Below are positions 47,817 to 62,800 of a stretch of 64,000 bases of DNA, one piece after another. Within the stretch, counting starts at the first letter, position 1, and each line of letters opens with the position of its first letter. Under the pieces are notes generated by a model. It had not been told where the DNA came from. It saw only the letters and a program-made list of their open reading frames with translations, and did no database searches. Both the position numbers and the translations under genes were made by a program. This DNA is from Tubiluchus corallicola (lineage: Eukaryota; Animalia; Priapulida), in NCBI GenBank assembly GCA_030141605.1, contig JAQGDQ010000001.1, positions 682,001-746,000 on the forward strand. Direction: 5' to 3'.

Positions 47817-50800
47817 ATGAGCTTCAGTAGTGATGAAGTGAACTTTTTGGTGTACAGATATTTGCAAGAATCAGGTAATATGGTTTTGACCAAACATTGT
47901 GTGCCAGTTGTAATGATGGGCGATTTTGAAATTTTGTAATTCTGTTATAATCTTGTTCTTGTAATTCGATATCACTATTATTCTTTTGCGACGATTTTGT
48001 AGTGTTTTAGCCATTTTTTTCAATTATTATAACCTATAAACTTTTTCACGGCTTTCGTCGCTGTCTGCGTAGGGTTCACGAAATTAGTTTTACAGACACT
48101 CGACAGTTTTTCGTTAGCTACTGTATGAATGCATCACGTGCCAACAAATTTGAAGCTCCCAATTTGCAGCATGAAGATTCCTTTTTTTATTGCTAAAACA
48201 TTACTTTTAGTAGACCTGTGTGTAACACAAATATTTTGCTCTCTATTAATAAGTGCAGAACTATGTTTAGGCCGAGGATAAAAATACTTCAGTTTACGTT
48301 TAATCACCTGGATAATATTTTTTATCGCACACCCGGCCAGGAATTTTACATTTTTTTATATTCTTGTACTTTTATATATATATATATATATGTTCTTGTA
48401 CTTATTTGACACAGTCTCTGACATTTAAAGCTCTGATGCAATAATTATTGTAATGCCGCTGTTTCGGCGAGGATGCAGCCTTGTTTTTCTAGGGTTAACT
48501 TTCAGCCAGGGTTACTATTTTGTATAATACTGATTATGTAATGTATCGTATTGCCTGCCAAATCAGTGTATTAACGGCCGAGTAGTGGTGCCGCTTTTAA
48601 AACTATAATTATCAGATTATACATGCATACCATACAAATAAGAGACTGTGTCATAATCATTAATATATGATAATTTTATATCATAAAACTAAATATCAAG
48701 CAAAATTAAAAAACGAAGCGTGGAAAAATTTGCATTGAAATTTTTTAAAACATTGCAGCTGACCAGTTGGAAATAAACAAACTTTGACTTTCATATGAAT
48801 TTAATATTCCACAATTGACCTCTAAACATTTACAAAGCTCAAAAAAATTTTCCTCCCCTGCTGACAGCTTTTGAGCTCATGAGATAAAACAGGAACAAAT
48901 ATTTTTTTGTAGCCGGCCTTACTGTCTGAGGGGACTGCCTCTAGACGGTTTCGTATGTTATTCCTCTTGTGTCTACCTCGTTGAACGAAAATACATATGA
49001 ATGCAAATGTAGTGAGAACACCTTTCCCGGTTTCATGATCTTATTAATACATTATCCTTCATAATTAGATAGGTTCCACTCTTGCCGCTGTCATAAATAT
49101 TAAGTTAGGCACTGTCATTAGAAGGCTGGATTGTAACAGGAGCACAACTTGCATCGTATCATAAAATTCCAAAAAAAAATTTGAAATATTAGATTTTCTA
49201 ATTTTCGTGCTTAAATTATGCGGTACAGTGATAAGCTGATTAACAACAAGTGCATCTATGCAGTAAAGTACTGTACATGTGATACTGCGTAATTGCAAAT
49301 TGCATTAATTGCAGAATTAATTTCATAAAAATGAAGCAGCCTGGACACTAGGCATTAATGTGTACTTTTATTTTACCATATATATTAGGTGCTCATACAC
49401 AAACAGTTGACTATCATTTAAGCATTAGACAACTCTGTCGCAATACATCTTAGCTGGCCCAGCACGTTGCCAAAATACACCTTTATAGTGTGTAAAAAGA
49501 CTAAATGGTTTTTTTTTGTTTATTGGTACGAACCTCTCTGCTTTCAGTTTTAAATTCTTTTTCTACGTAATAATATATATAAACATCTCTTCTTGCGTGT
49601 TAAAAGCATCTGTGCCAAGCCAGAGCATGTGGATTGCAAATGAAGCCATCAACTGGTCCGAAATTTTATTTTTGGAAGTCTGGAATGTGGCAGATGGTGT
49701 TTTTACTGGTGTATGATGGCTGGCCCGGGTGAGACTGCAGTCACGGTTGCATTAGCACTAGTTAAACAGCATATGTTTGCTGCAGTTGTAGTTAATTATT
49801 GCTTAAAGTACAATCAGTTTAAAGAGTTTGGAAAGTTTGGAAACTTCATTTTGGTAAATTTTGCATAAAGTAGAATCAGTTTCAAGAGTTTGGAAAGTTT
49901 GGAAACTTCATTTTGGTTAATGTTGCTTAAAGTAAAATCAGTTTCAAGAGTTTGGAAAGTTTGGAAACTTCTTTTTTAGTTAATGTCTTAATGAAACTCC
50001 TTGCTGAGGCCTTCAGGCAGAGGAGATTCTCTAGTTAAGAAAATATATAAAAATCTAAATTATAAAAGCAAAAGTATTTATTTGCTTACTTAGTACAACT
50101 GCCGATAGTTTCAAAATGAAATGATTGTTAAAATATTGTCTTACATCTGAGTCATAATGCCCAAACAGAAGCTGTAATTATAAAATTAGTAAAATTTGTA
50201 ATTTATTACGTAAATGTCTGCTACACTTGGTCAACTTTTGTTGCTTGCAACTTGATCACACGTGTGAACAGTTTTCAGTTATAATCAATTGTACTGTTTG
50301 CAGTAACCCAAAACCTTTGTCTCCAGAACTATCAAAATCTTTCCATACATGAGTATTCCTGGTGGTCAATAGAATAGCTTCACAAGGTAGAGGATAATTA
50401 AAATTGTTGAAAATTATCGTAGACATGAAATTCTGTCACTTATATATGTATTTAAAATCATTTGGTGACTGTTGTAAAAATTAAGTGATAATATACTTGT
50501 ATTTTTGCATGGTTAATACATCTGTAACAGAAAATTCTAACTGTTAGACTAACACTAGTTTTTTCTCTGTGGTTTTGATCTTAATTATTTTGATTTTTAA
50601 TAGGCCTATCTCATACCTGTGAAATAGAAAGCTTAAAACTAAAAAGAAAACATAAACAATTATGGCGTGTACTATACATGCAATTGCATATTGAAAATTT
50701 TGCTAATGTTTTATATAAATTAGTAACTTTGAATAACGCAAAAATGCATTTCAGTCTTCAGCTGCACCCTAGGCTTATTCTGTGCATATTTGCAGCTAGC

Positions 50801-53800
50801 TCATACCAGTTATATTTTTTGTGCATACCTCTTTATCTGGTGCATCAGTATAAATGTTTTGAGGCTTTGGATTTATCACTAAGTGTTATGTCATTCACGC
50901 ATAAAACCTAAAACTTGTTGCAACTTACAGCTGGCATCTCACATAAATTAAATAAATGCACCTTAATGTAGGCATTCATTTGTCAGTTGAGTAGTGCTGG
51001 AGTTTCGGCAACTACTCTTTACAAAGAAATCTAATAAGAAATAGAATATTTTATTAGAGCTCAGTTGATAAAATAATTCTCACATACAAGTGCTGCATCT
51101 GGAAAATACAAGTAGTACTATACTTTGAAATTACTTTGCAAAAATCATTGATTATAAGCTAATTATAGAATGCCTAATCAACTCGTCTATACGTGTTTAC
51201 TGGCAATTACTGCTGTTTGGAACAACAACTATTTTAAACTAATGATATTTTGTCTCAATCATATATGTATATATATGCCCATGTCATTCACCTATATCAC
51301 TTAGCCATCTTACTGTGCATCTTACTTAAATCAAAATTTGTGCAAGATTTTTTTTTGTATTTCTGTTAACTTAAACTGTAGCAAACGAGTAGACTATCTG
51401 CTTATATACACTAAATGAAGAACTTTTCACTGACAAAAGCTAGTAAAGGATAAAAAAACTTACTCAAGGCACTGGTAAGTTATTTATAAAAAATCTCAAT
51501 TACTGTGGTACTTTAAACCTTTAAAATGAAAATTTATGTATCTGGAGGAATAATTTTGCAATCTGTTCAATGACAGATTTTAGATGTTCGTGCATTTACA
51601 CCTATTGTAGTTCCTGCTGATGTTGGATTGATTACTTGATAGCTTAGCTTTTGCTGATCAGTAGTCATTTATCAGTTTCTTTTTGTCAAATTTTGTACTG
51701 TTTTGTACAGTAGGCTATATTAGGCATGAATAACTCTCAATTAATTTGATAAGTCAATTTTTGTAGCATAAAAATGTTGTAGGTTAGTGTGATTTTCAGC
51801 CACAAGTTTGGAGGTGGCTAAACAATATATATATAAGCACCACAAGATTCCAGCTGTTGGTAATTTACCTGTGCACTTCAGCTGGCATGTTTACATGAAT
51901 AGTATGAAGGATAAAGTACAACAAACTGCTAATATTTGCTAGTTCCTTTAAATATTAAATATCAGATTGCTTTCAGCATTAATTACTATTGTTTTATTCA
52001 TTAATCTTCTGTGAAAGTGATGCATAAAATTAATTTTGCTGCTTAAGACGGTGGTCCATGACCACTGATTGTGGTACTTCATTTGTGGCCAAATTTCAAT
52101 TTTGTGGTGCCTGTAGATCAGATTTTCAACATAGTATTGGACAGTAACTAAATCCATAAAGTTTTAGCATTAGTTTGTCACTACTCTTTATAAGTTATTA
52201 ATTTACCAACCTACAAATGGCTTTGGAGATATTTTTGTATCTAGACCTATTTCTGGTATATGTGTAAATATTACATTAAATAATAATGACTATTTAATTT
52301 TCAGGATTTTTGCATGCTGCTTATACATTTGGCGTTGAAAGTCACATCAGCCAGTCAAACATAAATGGAGCTCTAGTCCCTCCAGCAGCTCTGCTAAATA
52401 TTATACAAAAAGGTCTGCAATATACAGAGGCAGAAATTAGTCTCAGCGAGGTGAGTTTGCTACTGATTTTTTTCTAACTAGCCTGTTTGTTTAGAATGTC
52501 CTTTACCATGGAGTTGTGGAATTCATGAATATGTCATTTAGAACGTTTCTTCTTGCCATGAAATCCGTTTTATCTTTAGAGTAATTTTATTGGCTATATA
52601 AAAATTGGTTAAAAACATATTACACAAACAATAAGAACGAGAACAAGATTGCGGTGAAATAGACAGCTTTTCAGAGTTTCTTCGCAAGTAACACAAACAT
52701 AATTACACTTTTTTATAATGTTATATGGAGGATGTTCCTCATAGCTTTCTTTTCATTGATTTTCATTGGCTTTCACTGTTTTGAGCCTTTGACAAATTTA
52801 GCGAATTTTTAAAATACGTGGTCGTATGTATAATTTTTCAGGATTCGTCAGAGCATCCCATCGAACCATTGTCACTGATAGATGCAGTGATTCCTGATGT
52901 TGTGGCGCAACGGCAAAAGCAGCACGCGAAAGCACATGCGGAGAAGGCTGCATCCCAAGTAGCATCGAATACTAGCACAAACGGCGAGGACAGTGGAATC
53001 TGTAAATTTAACAAATTTTATGACTGCATAATGTGCCACATAACCCACGTTAATGCATATTTTCTTGTGTTTATGAATAAAATTGTGTGGTTGTGGTTGT
53101 TATTTCAACTTTTAATCAATTTACTCCTCTGTTTACCCTTTTGCTTTTTTATAACACACCCAGTAGAAGCTTTATTTATTATATAAGGCACATAGTGTTT
53201 TACTACAACTTGTGTGTATGGTAACTAAGTATTTATCTTTAACACTGTTACTTAAATTTGCTTGGTATTGAAGTCTGTAATACTCTGATATGTAAGCAAC
53301 CATTGATTTTTTTGTTGTTGTTTTCAGCCAATCACGTCGATGCCATGGATGTCGATGACTCGATAGCAATTCCATCTAATAAAGCCCGGGCGTTACGAGG
53401 GCACGAATCTGAAGTTTTCATTTGTGCGTGGAATCCAGTAAAGGATTTGTTAGCATCTGGGTAAGAATCACCCGATTTAATATTAGTATTAGTGTGACTG
53501 TTATCTTACCATAGCATATAGTCTAGCTGTCACTGAATGAAAGAAGGCCTGGAAATGACATACCTGGACATTATCACTAGTTGACATTTTTTCAAGAGTA
53601 ATTAATTACAATGTCCAGGTTAAATGAAAATTCGGGTTAAGGCATTACTTTTTAATCACTTCCTGCTTCTTAGTACATTTGACAGTAGTCCATTTAACTG
53701 TCCATTTCACTTTTTTCCAAACATTATGTTAATTGTAATACAGGTAAATGTTGAAAAGCAATTAAATATACTAAGCATGACAGCAAACTGCTAAATGTCC

Positions 53801-56800
53801 TGTAGTAAACTCTCCATAACTGAAATTGCTTATTATATTACAATTTGATTGTCAATATTTGAGCCATAAGCTGATTAAACTGATGCTTCTTTGTATATGA
53901 ACATTATCCTAGACCTTGCCCTAAAGTCCTAAATTTTGTTCTCACCCATAAATGAACTCTTGACTTTTGTTAATAGTACCTTTCTAATAATTATTTTTCA
54001 GTATTTTAAAAGTTTGGAGCTTGTAAATGAATTTTATTTGTACTTTATCATCGAAGCTAACTTGAGCTCTGAAAATAAACATTCTCAATTCTATTCATTG
54101 TGAGCCAGTAAGATGCACATTTATTCTTATATTTACTCTTATGGTCAATACACAGCTACGTTTATAACAAGCGTGATCTATTGTCAGTCATCATGCACTC
54201 AGCAGTCGAGCAAATTTTGTTTTTTTTAGTTTAGAGCATATAGGACTAAATGAGAGTTTCAATGGAGCAACTTCTTATGGGTGTCTGAGGAAATTAAGAA
54301 AAGTGTATAAGCTAGCAGATAGGCTTGATTTGATTAACAAGCTGAGATTTTGCTGACAATACTGTACCCTTGGCTGAGAGCTGAGAGAGAATTTTTTATG
54401 CTCGCATGTCAGTTACAAACTTACTAGAGAATACGTTTCTGGAGAAATTTCATGACCATATAGGAAAAGTTTCATAACTAACGACTTATGCAGATGCTTG
54501 TAACTGACTACCTGGAGTAGGGCTGATCATATTTTCGCAATATTGCGGCAGTGTAATTTATTATTAATATTAATAGGAATTAATATATTAATAGTACTAA
54601 TAGTAATTACTACGAGATTACTTGTAGTAATCCTCTATTTTCAATTAGTACATATTACTTTCTAATTTATATTTAAATCTTATTAATCATTGTTTTAACT
54701 GTTACCTTAGTGATAAATACAAATAACTTTCTTCTTCATACATACTGTTGCCATCTAAATACATTGCAACACTAAGCACTTATTGTGTCAGCTGAATTCT
54801 TAATATACTGACACGGTTATTTTTTAAATCATTTATGATGAAATAATTTAGGTCTGGAGACTCTACTGCACGAATCTGGAATCTGTGTGAAAACAACACA
54901 AGCAGTTCCCCCCAGCTGGTGTTACAACACTGTATACAACGTGGTGGAACAGAAGTCCCCAGTAATAAAGATGTAACCTCATTAGACTGGAATGTAAGCA
55001 CTTATTTGTGGTTGTTTACGTATCAGATTTAAATGTCAAAGAGCAGCAGTTTCGAATGTTAGGCTTGTTATTCCAATAAATACATTTGATAACATTATTA
55101 CTGTGCTGTGTTCTTGTTAACTAGGAGATTGTGTATTCCATGCAAAATGATAGTAGCAAAATAATAGTTGTGCTAGTTTTTTTTTTATTTTTTTTTATTT
55201 TCATACTATGATAAATTAACACATGGGGAACAAAAATGTTTGTAAAATACTGTTTATTTGCCTTATAATTTACTAATGCACTATAAAATGGATCTTGACT
55301 TTGCACATTAGCACTCACTGACTCCTTTGCAGTTCAAAATTGAATGGCTGTTAAGACCTACAATCTGTTGCTTTGAAAATGCAATAAAAAATATTTACAA
55401 ACCTTTGCTGCATTTAGTTTTGAAATTTATATATATATATATAATTTAAATTTATATGGAAATTTATATTTGTTGTGAAAATGATTGCCTTCTGTGTTTG
55501 TAGTTTTTTGGAGTTTATTACATACTAATAAACTGTATTATAAATATAGCTTTCAAAGATAATATTTGCTTAAAAAATATTTATTCTGATATTTGTTTTT
55601 TGAGCAGTCGCCATTGTAGGTACGAAAAAATTGATATATATTTTTTGATTTTTATATTTGTAGTGTGATGGAAAATTTTTAGCGACAGGTTCATATGACG
55701 GTTTTGCGAGAATATGGACTAATGAAGGTATGAGAGAAAATAATAGTTAAATGCAGTTATAATATGTCTAAAATAAATTAAGAATATTTTGTGTGAGAAT
55801 AGTTCATACCTGCTTTGTTTTCAAACCCTTTTTGTCATCTACTTTTATAAAAATTACGAATGAAAATATGTATAAATAGTGTACTTAAGTAATACTAGCA
55901 AACATCATTCAACCAGAGGGTGTCCACCTTGTGACAGCCAATCACTTCTCTTTTTGTGCTCTTACCTGATCGGCCACTGCCTTATAACAAGCTCTACTCA
56001 CAAACGGACATGGAGAATGTATTGAAATATACTGCGAGAGCAAACGTCAAGTGTGTTTATTATTAAAATTTCTATTTTTTCAACTGCAAAATTTCTGTAA
56101 CTAAAATTTGTTTAGCACTACAACAGAGACATTGTAGCAGCGAAACGTGCTTGAAAATATAGTAATGCAGATATGTAGTGCCTGGAAAGCTTAGATGAAA
56201 GAGTCCAAGTTTCTTCAAGCCAAAAAATAAACAAACTTGCTGCTGTTTCAAGTTTCTCCTAACTTGAGAGACAGCATGAGCTGAACCATTTCACATTAAT
56301 AAAAACCCTGTTCATTCCAAGGTAATTCGTTTCCTGTTTTTTAATTTAAGCTTTTATGTTGTTACATGAGATTGCTACTATACTGCTAGATTGCTAAGTA
56401 CTACTATACAGCTTAAAATAGCATTAATACTTGTTAAGGTTGAATGTCCAGTATTTGATAAACCTCTTAATAATTATTGACAAAGTTAATCTGAGGTAGC
56501 TAACTTATATTGTTTAAACCCATATTGCTTATACTGTTGGCGCCATTTATTAAATTCATGGTTAATAGAATCAGTTGCGTAGTTGACTCAAAAATGCCTG
56601 GTATGGACTGCCACTCCCGTTCAAATATATATATATATATAAACCACCAGCAATTGACTCGAATAGCTCCGCATAATTGACTCGAAATTTTGCTTCACAT
56701 ACTTAAAATCATACAGTTGTATGTGACCAAAAAACTTTTACGACTTTTATGTCATCTTTACATCGATTTTGTGCGCTACTATTGTACGTAGAAACAGTCA

Positions 56801-59800
56801 TGTTAAGAACAGCATTGATTTGTAAGCAGGCACGTTCATCATATGCTAGCTAGAGGTTTTGCTTTATGCCTGCCACCCGTTCATCCGCTTCAGTTAACCT
56901 CGTTGTTTCTGGAATATAAATTTAATTACTTGCCTTGCAATTTGCTTTTGAAACTCCTGCTGCTTTTCACGGGTTAACATGGTCTTCACCAGTTGCGGCT
57001 CAAATACTAAGTGCAGGGTGTTACTAACTAGTAACAAAGTGTATCATTTTCAACATACGTGCGGCATGCAGCGGCAGATTTTCAACGTTTTTATCAGTAT
57101 GAGAATTTGATAAGCTGTTTAGTGAAGAAATGAAGTAACTGACCTTGCACAAATTTTTGTAATTTTTAATGTTTAATTTTAAGATTTGGCGGTTTTTCAT
57201 TTTTTTTATTAATTCACTTAATATTAATTAGTATCTTAAATAATTGCAAACAGGAATTTTGGCATTTAGTTCATTTCTAAAATTCAATGAAAGCCTGTGC
57301 TGTGAATACTAAGGCAATGAGTGATGACTCATACTTCTATAGTAGTAATGCTACACACGTCTGCTAATAATCCACTTTCATCCCTAAGTGAATTTATTAA
57401 GCATTGCCTACTATACTGGTCTTTTAGACTATTGAAGCATAAGCTTTTTATGCTTAATGAAATAAGTGAGTAATTTTCATCAATTGCTTCACAATTTCTT
57501 GTAGTTCGGAAAATACGTACGTAACAGTGATACGTGTTCTGGAATAATTGCCACCGAACATGCATATAATTCTTCACGTTTTTCTAGTTTGCCTATAGAT
57601 TTTATTTCGTAGCAACTGTCAACTAGCACAAGTTTGTGAGACTCAGCCATGCAGGCGGATCTGTCTGTACCAAACCTGATTTATCGATTAATTGTCTTGC
57701 CTGTATAATAGTGAATAAATATGTGTTTGTTTTTCAGGACGGTTATATAGCACATTAGGTCAACATAAAGGTCCCATCTTTGCCTTAAAGTGGAACAAAG
57801 ATGGAAACTACATTTTGAGTGCAGGAGTAGATAAAGTAATTAGAGTATTTTTTTAATAATTTAGTGAGTCATTTTTGTCACTTTAGAAATTTCATTGTGC
57901 CTGTTGTAGTACTTGTTTCTTCTTTTGGCCATGCTAATATCTTCTCACAATTTTTTTTGTAAAATTTGAAAACATTAACACTTAAAAGCTATTAACATAT
58001 TAACAGGATACATGCAATCCTTACTGTGATCAGATGGCATATGTTATCTTAAGTAAGTAAATGCACAGGTGTGTCTAGGAAAGTCAGTTAATTCCTTATA
58101 TCATTATAGGTAACATAGGTAAGTCTTAAAATCACGTGACAGGTCTAGAGCTGGTCTAATTACCAAACAAGCAAGGGGGAAAGGATATTCTATGTTTGCA
58201 AGGATACGAGTAGAGAATATAGAGTATAGTAGGTCATTACTCATTTATTCATAGAAAAGTATAGCCAGTAGCCAAAAATTCCACACAGTGCATACTGCAT
58301 TATTTTTTGTCAAATAATGTTATATTAGCTGTTTCAAGATGGCAGAGAATTAGCTGAAACTTCAGATTCTGCAAATTTCAATTTTTGCCTATAATTTAGA
58401 CTACTGTGCCTAATTAGCAATTATGATTTAAAAAAAATTATAGTGGAATTTGTAGGGCTTGAAAACATCTACAAAATGGTTTAAAGTTTGTATGTTTAGC
58501 GCATTTCCAAAACAAGTATATGAGCACTTAAAACGTGGGCATTTTTACATGGTCGTTAGAGAAATTCATATTTGTTAACATGTAGCTTTTAAGTGTTAAA
58601 TTACTATAGGTCTGTTGCAATTATTCGTTTTTAAATATTTCGCTTTTTTGGCAGATTTCACCGGATCGTTTACAGTTGATTATAAGTTCGAAATCCAGTT
58701 TTGTAATTCGATTCAAATAAAAAAATATAAAATCTTAAATATGTCATTATTCACTGAACTAAACAATCGGTGTATGGCACTAAATTCTTTAGTCTTCTAT
58801 TATTTTTCATTTATGTAAATTTTTATAAAATGATTTCATAATTCTTTAGTTTTAGCTACATAAAACTAAAGCCAATTTAACTTTTAACTCTGAACATCTA
58901 TGTACAAGAGTGTGTTAAACCGACAATAATATTGTTTTTATCACATTGCGAAAGTGCGGTTTTTCTTAATAAACTGTAATTTGCCAAGCAAAATAAAATT
59001 GTTTCAGTACACATTTTAAAAAAATTCAAAACAATTTTATGCCAGCTAACTGAAGTCCTATCAAGCCAAACAGCTAAGAAAGAGAAAATTCTCAGTAGAT
59101 CAAATAAGTATGAGCCAAATGACAAAAAGGTTTTTGCGGGATTTGTAACAATGTATGCAAATATCTTGTAATGATCTGTAGCATGTATAATAGCCGTAAA
59201 ATAATTGTTGTTTTGCTTTCAGCGTGCTTATGGAGTGATTTAATCTAACTAAGCTTTTAAATTGTGCAATACTAGTTTCTGCGGATCCTATCAAATTGTT
59301 CATTTATTCCTGTTGTTTTTGCAGACAACTATAATTTGGGATGCTAGCTCAGGGAAGTGTACGCAACAGTTTGCCTTTCATAGTGGTGAGTACATGCACA
59401 TTCAAGTGAAAAATGAAAATGAAAAATTTTCACTGCTTAAATTTAAAGATTACTTGTTAACAGTAGTTCAGGTAAAGTTGCTTTTGATCAAGTTTATGTC
59501 CAACACTGCCCTTTCTCAGCAGTTGCTCTTTAATTTTCAATCTCAGTTGTAGGATTTATATGAATTAGTGGTTCATGAATTCTTTGATTCTTCTAAATTA
59601 ACATGTCATGTTAAGCAGTTGCTGAAGTGTAATCATAATTAACACAATTCTCTTGACTGTCTTAATTTATGATCTGTGAAAAATTTATAAGAAAAGTCTG
59701 TTAGTTTACTCACAATGTTATGTTTAATTGCACTTTTTAACAGCACTTCCATGCCACATGATTTTAACACCAAATCAGGTTGATGAGAGTGTAACAGAAA

Positions 59801-62800
59801 TTAGCCTATATTAGTGCTGCGACTGATTGGTTCAATTTAGTAGATTATAATTGTTTTGAGTTTTCATTTCCTATCATGGTTTAGTTTTTTAAGCTACTAA
59901 CGCAGATTGTTGTAATGAAAAGTTCACAAAATCGCTCCATAAATATAGCAATCATTGCACAAAAATCAAGTTATATGGCACCATATTTGCACTGCTTAGA
60001 CATGAAGGTTTTTCATAAACACATAACACAAACACAGTTTTTGAGTACGTGATTGGCTATCGAATTATTTTTATCTAGCTAATAATAGTCGTGAAAATGC
60101 AACCGATGTCTCACGGCTGTTAGCTATCACACCTTAAGAATGTAGAATAAGCTATACACGTTAATGTTGGAATGCAATAATACATATTTACGATTATTTG
60201 TGGAAAAATACCGTAACGACTGATAACGTTTTTTGTTTCAGCACCAGCACTGGATGTAGACTGGCAGAGTAATGAAAGTTTTGCATCGTGTTCTACAGAT
60301 GAGCGAATACACGTATGCAAACTTGGCGTAGACAAACCCATAAAAACATTCCAGGGACACACCGTAAGTTAAAACAAAGTATTTGCATAATTGTGCGTGA
60401 CCAATCATGACACTTTTCCATCCACTCCATGCTGCAAATGTTTATCCCAGTTCTTAAAACTAATGTAATACAATACGTAGTTCAAGAAACCATACAAAAT
60501 TCCTATTTTTGCTATTATTCCTAGTTTCTGAGCAAGGAAGATTTTGCCCTTTCATCACCCTCCTTTGATATGCCATTTTTATGATATCCAGCCAAAACCC
60601 ATTTTATTTGGTGTGAGTAGAAATTTACTGCCATGTATACTTCATTTTAGTCAATTATGTGGCAAACTGGATAAAATTGTTATTTCTCATGTTGTTTATT
60701 TTGTTCATTTATCTAGTGTTTTGACTGCTGTAAATTCTGTCTTTCAAAAAAGTTTTGTAAATTTAAGCCAAGATAGAATCGAACCAGTGACGTGTAAAAG
60801 TAATAATTTGGAAATTAATAGCAAGGAGTGGGAGGAGTGTATGTAAGAAAAAATCGAGACCCCACAAAGATGGTTGTTAATCAAGTATGATCCTGATTTT
60901 GTTGCCTTATTTTCATTTCCTGACCAGTGAAATTAATTTATAGATTCTAGCACTAAACAAACAAACAAGTGCAAGAACAAGAAACTGACATTCTCAAACG
61001 GCAAATGAATTCTCAAACATTCATTTAACAAATGAGGCGAAAATATGAAATGATTGCGAAAAAGACAGTTTTACAAAATAAGAAACACATTTTAATTAAG
61101 CAAAATTTAAATTGTGGTGAAAAAATCTTTGTGAAGTTGATAGAAACCGCAAGCAAAAAACTCAAGTTGTCCATTGTAAAACAAATGAGAATCAGCGTTT
61201 TAGGCTAAGCCACCACCATGCAAGAACCACTAAAAATTTAATCATTTGGCGAGTTAAAAAATAGAACTAAAGCATGTTTTTGCACTTTGTTCGTTTGTCC
61301 TGGTGTCATTCTCATTGTTGCTTAGAATGAGGTGAATGCTATCAAGTGGGATCCACAAGGTGTGTTGTTAGCGTCTTGTTCGGATGATATGACATTAAAG
61401 GTATGCCTTTATTTAAGTTTGCTTGATAGACAAGAAAAAATTTTAGTGAAACACTTTTGCAAATTTATTGCAAGTTTTATCTAGTGATTTTAAAAAATAG
61501 AATATTCAGCTTATCTGTAGAATTACTACTTCCAGTTATATTCATTTGTTAACTAACTAGTTAAATTGTACAAAATTTGCTAATTAACTTTATAATTCAC
61601 ACGTGTTATGCTATTTTTTTTTACAATGCATCATGCTATACTTCTGCGTAAAATTATTTATTGCATTTTTACGTTCATGAAGGAGTGTTATTCTTATTCT
61701 ATATACATATCTAATTGTTGCGAAATTGAATATTTTGTCCCATGTAACAAAATTCTTGGCCACGTAACAGTTTGTGTGATATTTCTACACATTGTTATGT
61801 GGTAAATTAATGACATTTTAGTTATTTTCATAAAATGCAGCATGAATATCTTTAATAGCATTACTTTCTGATTTTTTATTTTGTACCTTGGCACATATGC
61901 TTTTCGTTTATTCTTAGTTTATGTTATGGAATTCAATATTGGATTAAAATTAATAATGTTTGTGAATGTGCGAAATCGTATGGAATTTTTACTGCCGTGA
62001 GACTATTAACATTTTTGCATTTTTTTATTTTTTCATTTCATTTTATTTTTTCAGATGATTAAATCTTATGTAATTTTTTGTTTCAGATCTGGAGTATGAA
62101 GCAAGAATCATGCGTACATGACTTGCAAGCGCATTCTAAGGAAATTTATACAATTAAATGGAGTCCCACAGGTCCAGGAACAAATAATCCAAACATGAGT
62201 TTAGTATTAGCTAGGTAAGTATCCTGCCAGCTTAAAACATGACATTCAGGAGAAACTACTGTTCACTAGCATATTAAACGAAAAAGTCCTAGGTGGGAAA
62301 TTTTTGCTTTACTTTTTAACTAGAGTACTGTCAACGTGACAGATGTATCAAAATATGTCATACAGTCTACAGTTATAGCATATATTTTGGTCATCATTTT
62401 TTGTGTGAAATAAAGATAGTGTTATTGACTAAATTTTATTTAAAAATATGATGGTTTCAGTGCATCATTTGACTCGACTGTCCGATTATGGGATGTTGAA
62501 CAGGGGGCCTGTAAACACACGTTAACCAAACATCAAGAGCCTGTATATAGTGTGGCCTTTAGTCCAGATGGAAAATATCTCGCCAGTGGCTCATTTGATA
62601 GATGTGTTTATATATGGTCTGTACAGGTAAGCTTTACAAGTCTCTTATGTTTGACGTTCTCATGTTTGTGATGGACACTATTATAGTGACATTTTTCTTT
62701 TTTCTATTGTGCTTCAATCTGTTACATTAGTTGGTTAGGTAAAGGGATACTACCTTTTGTGTTTTACTTACGGTTTGCAGCAATCCATAGAGCAGTTACC

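Noticed and set aside
49791-49986. Regularly spaced repeats (also 1464-1554) as a CRISPR array
   Set aside because: Head-to-tail tandem units without unique spacers, no cas genes, eukaryotic intron context.
58131-58140. CLEAR/E-box ATCACGTGAC as autophagy-lysosome regulation
   Set aside because: It lies deep in a TBL1 intron, far from the ATG9 and VPS13 starts; a single site is expected by chance.
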